A DNA stretch of 64,000 nucleotides, from assembly GCA_964016885.1 (NCBI GenBank), contig OZ024753.1, forward strand, positions 42,408,001 to 42,472,000, given 5' to 3'. The position numbers and the translations under genes were made by a program. Position 1 is the first letter of the stretch, and each line of letters starts with the position of its first letter. The notes under the pieces were generated by a model. The model did no database searches. It had not been told where the DNA came from and worked only from the letters and a program-made list of their open reading frames with translations. Positions 59,400 to 64,000 of this stretch are shown here, in pieces. The DNA is from Eledone cirrhosa (taxonomy: Eukaryota).

Positions 59400-59757
59400 A
59401 AAAATTAGAACATCTGACTGATGAAATGACAAGCCAGTCAATCATATTGGTGGCCTCCCCACAGCCCCGGCGGACAGAATGGAGAAGGCGTTTCCCCGGA
59501 GGACGGCAAGGGAGACGCGCTGGAAAAGCCATTCCAGCTCGCGAGGCTCACACCTGCGGCTGGCCAGCTCAGCGCCTATGGTGGTGAGTAGGGAGGTAGC
59601 CCTAGGGCCGAAGACACCAGAAGTCTCCACTGCCAAGGGTACGACCGCAAACCTGTCGGAGAGCGACCGGTACTTGAAGAGTTTGGCCTCCTCAGCCCGA
59701 CGTGCAGCAGAACCTGGGTTGGTCGCAGACTGCACCAGGTTGCGGCTAGAGAAAGTA
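59400..59757 (-). pseudogene. Second 5'-truncated CRE-clade RLE fragment
   Basis: AARRAEEAKLFKY...PLAVETSGVFG...ELEWLFQRVSLAVLRGNA. Close paralogue of 50975-51280. 3' end abuts a TA tract. Confidence 0.8.
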
Positions 59758-59776
59758 AACTTTTGATAAAATTAAT

Positions 59777-59958
59777 TGTTTCTACGTTAGGCTCAAGGCC
59801 AGCAATTACCCAGTGCATTACTGGTACTTTATTTTATCGATCCCGTAAGGATGAAAGGCAAAGTTAACCTTGGCGGGATTTGAACTCAGAAAGGCAAGGG
59901 CCGTAACTCTATACGTCAAAGCATGGCGTCCAACCCTCTACCAATACTGCCAATCCAC
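59777..59958 (-). mobile_element. S1 SINE with 9-bp TSD
   Basis: aaaattaat at 59768-59776 and 59959-59967. Confidence 0.85.
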
Positions 59959-60193
59959 AAAATTAATGGTTTCTAATTTAGGTATTTAAGGCGGTGAACT
60001 AGCAGTGTTTAAAACTCATTGGGCTTCGAGTTCAAATCCCGCTCAAGACAACTCTGCCGTTCATCTTTTCGGAGTCGATAAGTAAAGTACCAGCTCCATA
60101 CTGGGGTTGACTCTTCTATTATCTCTCCCTCTTTCTAACTTTCTCTCTAATTCTCTCCAGACCTAGAGAGAGATTAGCCCCCTCCAGGTTCCC

Positions 60194-60269
<76 letters not shown>

Positions 60270-60635
60270 CCTCTCTCACTCTATCCCTCCACTCTCTCTC
60301 TCTCTCTCTCTCACTCTCTCTCTCTCTCTCTCCACTCTTTCTCACTCCCTCCCTCCACTCTCTCTCTCTCTCACTCTCTCTATCCCTCTCCAATCTCTCT
60401 CACTCTCTCCCTCCCTCCACCCACTCTCTTTCACTCCTTTGTCCCCCCCCCCACTCCACTCCACTCCACTCCACTCCACTCCACCCCTACCCTCTCCTTT
60501 CTTTCTCCTTCCACCCCTCCACTATAATCTGACTCACCATACATCACTGACCTCCCTTCCTCCCCGCCTATGACCCTTAACACCTCCACCTCCTCCCCAA
60601 CCTCCTGATCCACTTCATAAAGCATGACCAACAGA

Positions 60636-60702
60636 TACTACTACTACCACTACCACTACTCCTACTACCACCACTACTACTACTACTACTACCACCACCA
60701 CC

Positions 60703-60746
<44 letters not shown>

Positions 60747-60756
60747 CACCACCACC

Positions 60757-60800
<44 letters not shown>

Positions 60801-60810
60801 CACCACCACC

Positions 60811-60854
<44 letters not shown>

Positions 60855-60861
60855 CACCACC

Positions 60862-60911
<50 letters not shown>

Positions 60912-60933
60912 CACCACCACCACCACCACCACC

Positions 60934-60976
<43 letters not shown>

Positions 60977-61106
60977 ACACGACCACGACCACGACGACCA
61001 CCACCACCACCACTACTACTAATACTACTACTACTACTACTACCACAACCACCACTACCACCACTACCACCACCACCACCACCACCACCACCACCACCAC
61101 CACCAC
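60636..61106. repeat. (CAC)/(TAC) compound microsatellite
   Basis: Direct observation. Confidence 0.95.
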
Positions 61107-61306
61107 NNNNNNNNNNNNNNNNNNNNNNNNNNNNNNNNNNNNNNNNNNNNNNNNNNNNNNNNNNNNNNNNNNNNNNNNNNNNNNNNNNNNNNNNNNNNNN
61201 NNNNNNNNNNNNNNNNNNNNNNNNNNNNNNNNNNNNNNNNNNNNNNNNNNNNNNNNNNNNNNNNNNNNNNNNNNNNNNNNNNNNNNNNNNNNNNNNNNNN
61301 NNNNNN
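61107..61306. other. Assembly gap (200 N)
   Basis: Run of N. Confidence 1.
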
Positions 61307-61572
61307 GGGGGAGGGATGGTAAGAGATGGAGGGGGAATAGTAAAGGAGAGGGAGGAATGGTAAGGAGGGAATAACGGAGAAAGTTTAGACTTTGGATTTG
61401 ATGTCTGTGGAGTTGTTAGAGAGGGAAAGAGTGTGAGAGAGAGAGGGAAAGAGTGAGAGAGGGAGGGAGAGAACGAGAGAGAGAGAGAGGGAAAGAGTGA
61501 GAGAGAGATTGAGAGAGAGGAAATGTGTTTGTCAGAGAATTAGTTTCAGAGAAATAGGAAATGTGGTTGTTT

Positions 61573-62863
61573 GTGTGGTGGGGTGAGGTGTGGTGAGGTG
61601 TGGTGTGGGGTGAGGTGTGGTGTGGTTGGTGTGGGGTGAGGTGTGGTGTGGTGAGGTGTGGTGTGGTGTGGGGTGAGGTGTGGTGTGGTTGGTGTGGGGT
61701 GAGGTGTGGTGGGGTGAGGTGTGGTGTGGTGTGGGGTGAGGTGTGGTGTGGTTGGTGTGGGGTGAGGTGTGGTGAGGTGTGGTGTGGTGTGGGGTGAGGT
61801 GTGGTGTGGTTGGTGTGGGGTGAGGTGTGGTGTGGTGAGGTGTGGTGTGGTATGGGGTGAGGTGTGGTGTGGTTGGTGTGGGGTGAGGTGTGGTGGGGTG
61901 AGGTGTGGTGTGGTGTGGGGTGAGGTGTGGTGTGGTTGGTGTGGGGTGAGGTGTGGTGTGGTGAGGTGTGGTGTGGTGTGGTGTGGTGGGGTGAGGTGTG
62001 GTGTGGTGTGGGGTGAGGTGTGGTGTGGTGAGGTGTGGTGTGGTGTGGTGTGGTGGGGTGAGGTGTGGTGTGGGGTGTGGTGTGGTTGGTGTGGTGTGGT
62101 GTGGTGTGGTGAGGTGTGGTGTGGTGTGGTGTGGTGTGGTGTGGTGTGGTGTGGTGTGGTGAGGTGTGGTGTGGTGTGGTGTGGTGGGGTGAGGTGTGGT
62201 GTGGTGAGGTGTGGTGTGGTGTGGTGTGGTGGGGTGAGGTGTGGTGTGGGTGTGGTGTGTGGTGTGGTGTGGTGAGGTGTGGTGTGGTGTGGTGTGGTGT
62301 GGTGTGGGGTGTGGTGTGGTGTGGTTGGTGTTGTGTGGTGTGGAGTGGGGGTGCGGTGTGGTGGGGTGAGGTGAGGTGTGGGATGTGGTGTGGGTGTGGT
62401 GTGGTGTGGTGGTGTGGGGTGTGGTGTGGGGTGAGGTGTGGTATGGGTGTGGGTTGTGGTGTGGGATGTGGTGTGGGGTGTGGTGTGGTGTGGTGGGGTG
62501 GGGTGTGGTGTGGGGTGAGGTGTGGTATGGGTGTGGGTTGTGGTGTGGTGTGGTGAGGTGTGGTGTGGTGTGGGGTGTCGTGAGGTGGTGTTGGGTGGGG
62601 TGGTGTGTGGTGTGGTGTGGTGGGGTGAGGTGAGGTGAGGTGTGGTATGGTATGGGATGTGGGGTGTGGTGTGTGGTGTGGTGTGGTGTGGGGTGTCGTG
62701 AGGTGGGGTGTGGTGTGGTGGGGTGAGGTGCGGTGTGGGGTGAGGTGTGGGCTGAGGTGTGGTGTGGGATGAGGTGTGGTGTGGTGTGGTGGGGTGAGGT
62801 GAGGTGAGGTGTGGTGTGGTATGGGGTGGTGTGGTGTGGTGTGGTGTGGTGTGGTGTGGGGTG
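61573..62863. repeat. (GGTGT)n-based G-rich repeat with ~39-bp higher-order unit
   Basis: Direct observation. Confidence 0.95.
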
Positions 62864-62966
62864 AATGAAAGAAAGAGAGAGAGAGAAATATAGAAATACC
62901 GAGAGATTACACACACACACACATATATATATTTTAACCATCTTTTGATCTTATATTATATATACA

Positions 62967-63012
<46 letters not shown>

Positions 63013-63108
63013 TGTATATGAAACTGGTTCATGGAAGACGAAAGGAAAAGAAACGTAAGTACATAGACAGACAAAGAGACAGATATTAGAGAGATAGATA
63101 GATAGATA

Positions 63109-63311
63109 TGGGAAAAAGTATGACCCCGACGGCAGAGCTCAAGCCGTTTCGACGGCTATTTCTGGACGTGGAGCCCAGGAATAGCCGTCGAAACGGCTTG
63201 AGCTCTGCCGTCGGGGTCATACTTTTTCCCCATTTCCCACTCTACTACCCGAAGTATTGAGTACTTTGGTGCGTTATGGTCCATCTGGTTCCTCACCACA
63301 ATTCCTTCGTT
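63109..63311 (+). mobile_element. Family A element (subfamily A2)
   Basis: Arms ~63109-63165 / ~63176-63230, tail to 63311. Inserted at a TA within a (GATA)/(GACA) tract. Confidence 0.85.
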
Positions 63312-63411
63312 ATATAGATAGACAGATAGACAGATAGACAGACAGACAGATAGATAGACAGACAGATAGACAGAGAGACAGAGAGACAGAGAGACAGATA
63401 GACAGAGAGAC

Positions 63412-63446
<35 letters not shown>

Positions 63447-63661
63447 TAGACAGATAGACAGAGAGACAGATAGACAGAGAGACAGAGAGACAGAGAGACA
63501 GACAGACAGATAGACAGATAGAGGAAAGTTTTTGAAAGAGTAAAACAAAAATGAAAAAAAATTATTGGAGAAGAGAAAAAATAAAGTGAGGAAGAAAGAA
63601 AAAAAATTAATGTTTCAGACACGTTCAGAGACAAAACACCTTCTCTCTCTCTCTCTCACTC

Positions 63662-63743
<82 letters not shown>

Positions 63744-63880
63744 TCTCTTTCAGTTGAATAAAACAGGCACACACATACATATATTTACAGACACATAAAC
63801 ACACACACACACACACATATATACATTCACACACATACATCTATAAAAAATATATATAATATATACATACACGCACACAG

Positions 63881-63940
<60 letters not shown>

Positions 63941-64000
63941 CATATATATATATCTATATATATAATACATATATATATAAATATAAGTATATATATATAC

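Noticed and set aside
50730-59967. SINE-CRE chimeras by template switching (both CRE fragments follow a SINE 3' end)
   Set aside because: The SINE at 59777-59958 has its own TSD and the two SINEs are different families. Adjacency is plausible by chance at this SINE density.
61573-62863. Telomeric repeat
   Set aside because: Unit is GGTGT-based, internal and heterogeneous, not TTAGGG-like.

Overview
AT-rich, microsatellite-saturated eukaryotic DNA with a 200-N gap at 61107-61306. The repeat content suggests an invertebrate, probably a cephalopod (inference only). No intact host protein-coding gene is recognisable, and almost all long ORFs in the track are translations of simple repeats. The recognisable protein-coding pieces are retroelement fossils: two C-terminal restriction-like endonuclease fragments of CRE-clade type and one L1/Tx1-type zinc-knuckle 3' end. 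There are also many tRNA-derived SINEs (several with clear target-site duplications), small TIR elements and minisatellites. The main signal is a set of at least 8 sequence-unrelated families of 150-520 bp non-coding elements, nearly all sitting in (TA)n tracts. They share one design: an inverted partial copy, then a direct copy, then an unduplicated 45-100 nt tail. Several carry complete or near-complete type I hammerhead ribozyme motifs (CUGANGA...GAAA...NUH), most with palindromic helix III, and the tails share an ACTC...YRTYGAGT hairpin motif. This fits Penelope-like-element termini or retrozyme-like non-autonomous elements targeted to TA microsatellites. A second unusual repeat (2 copies) contains two convergent tRNA-like Pol III units inside a diverged palindrome.
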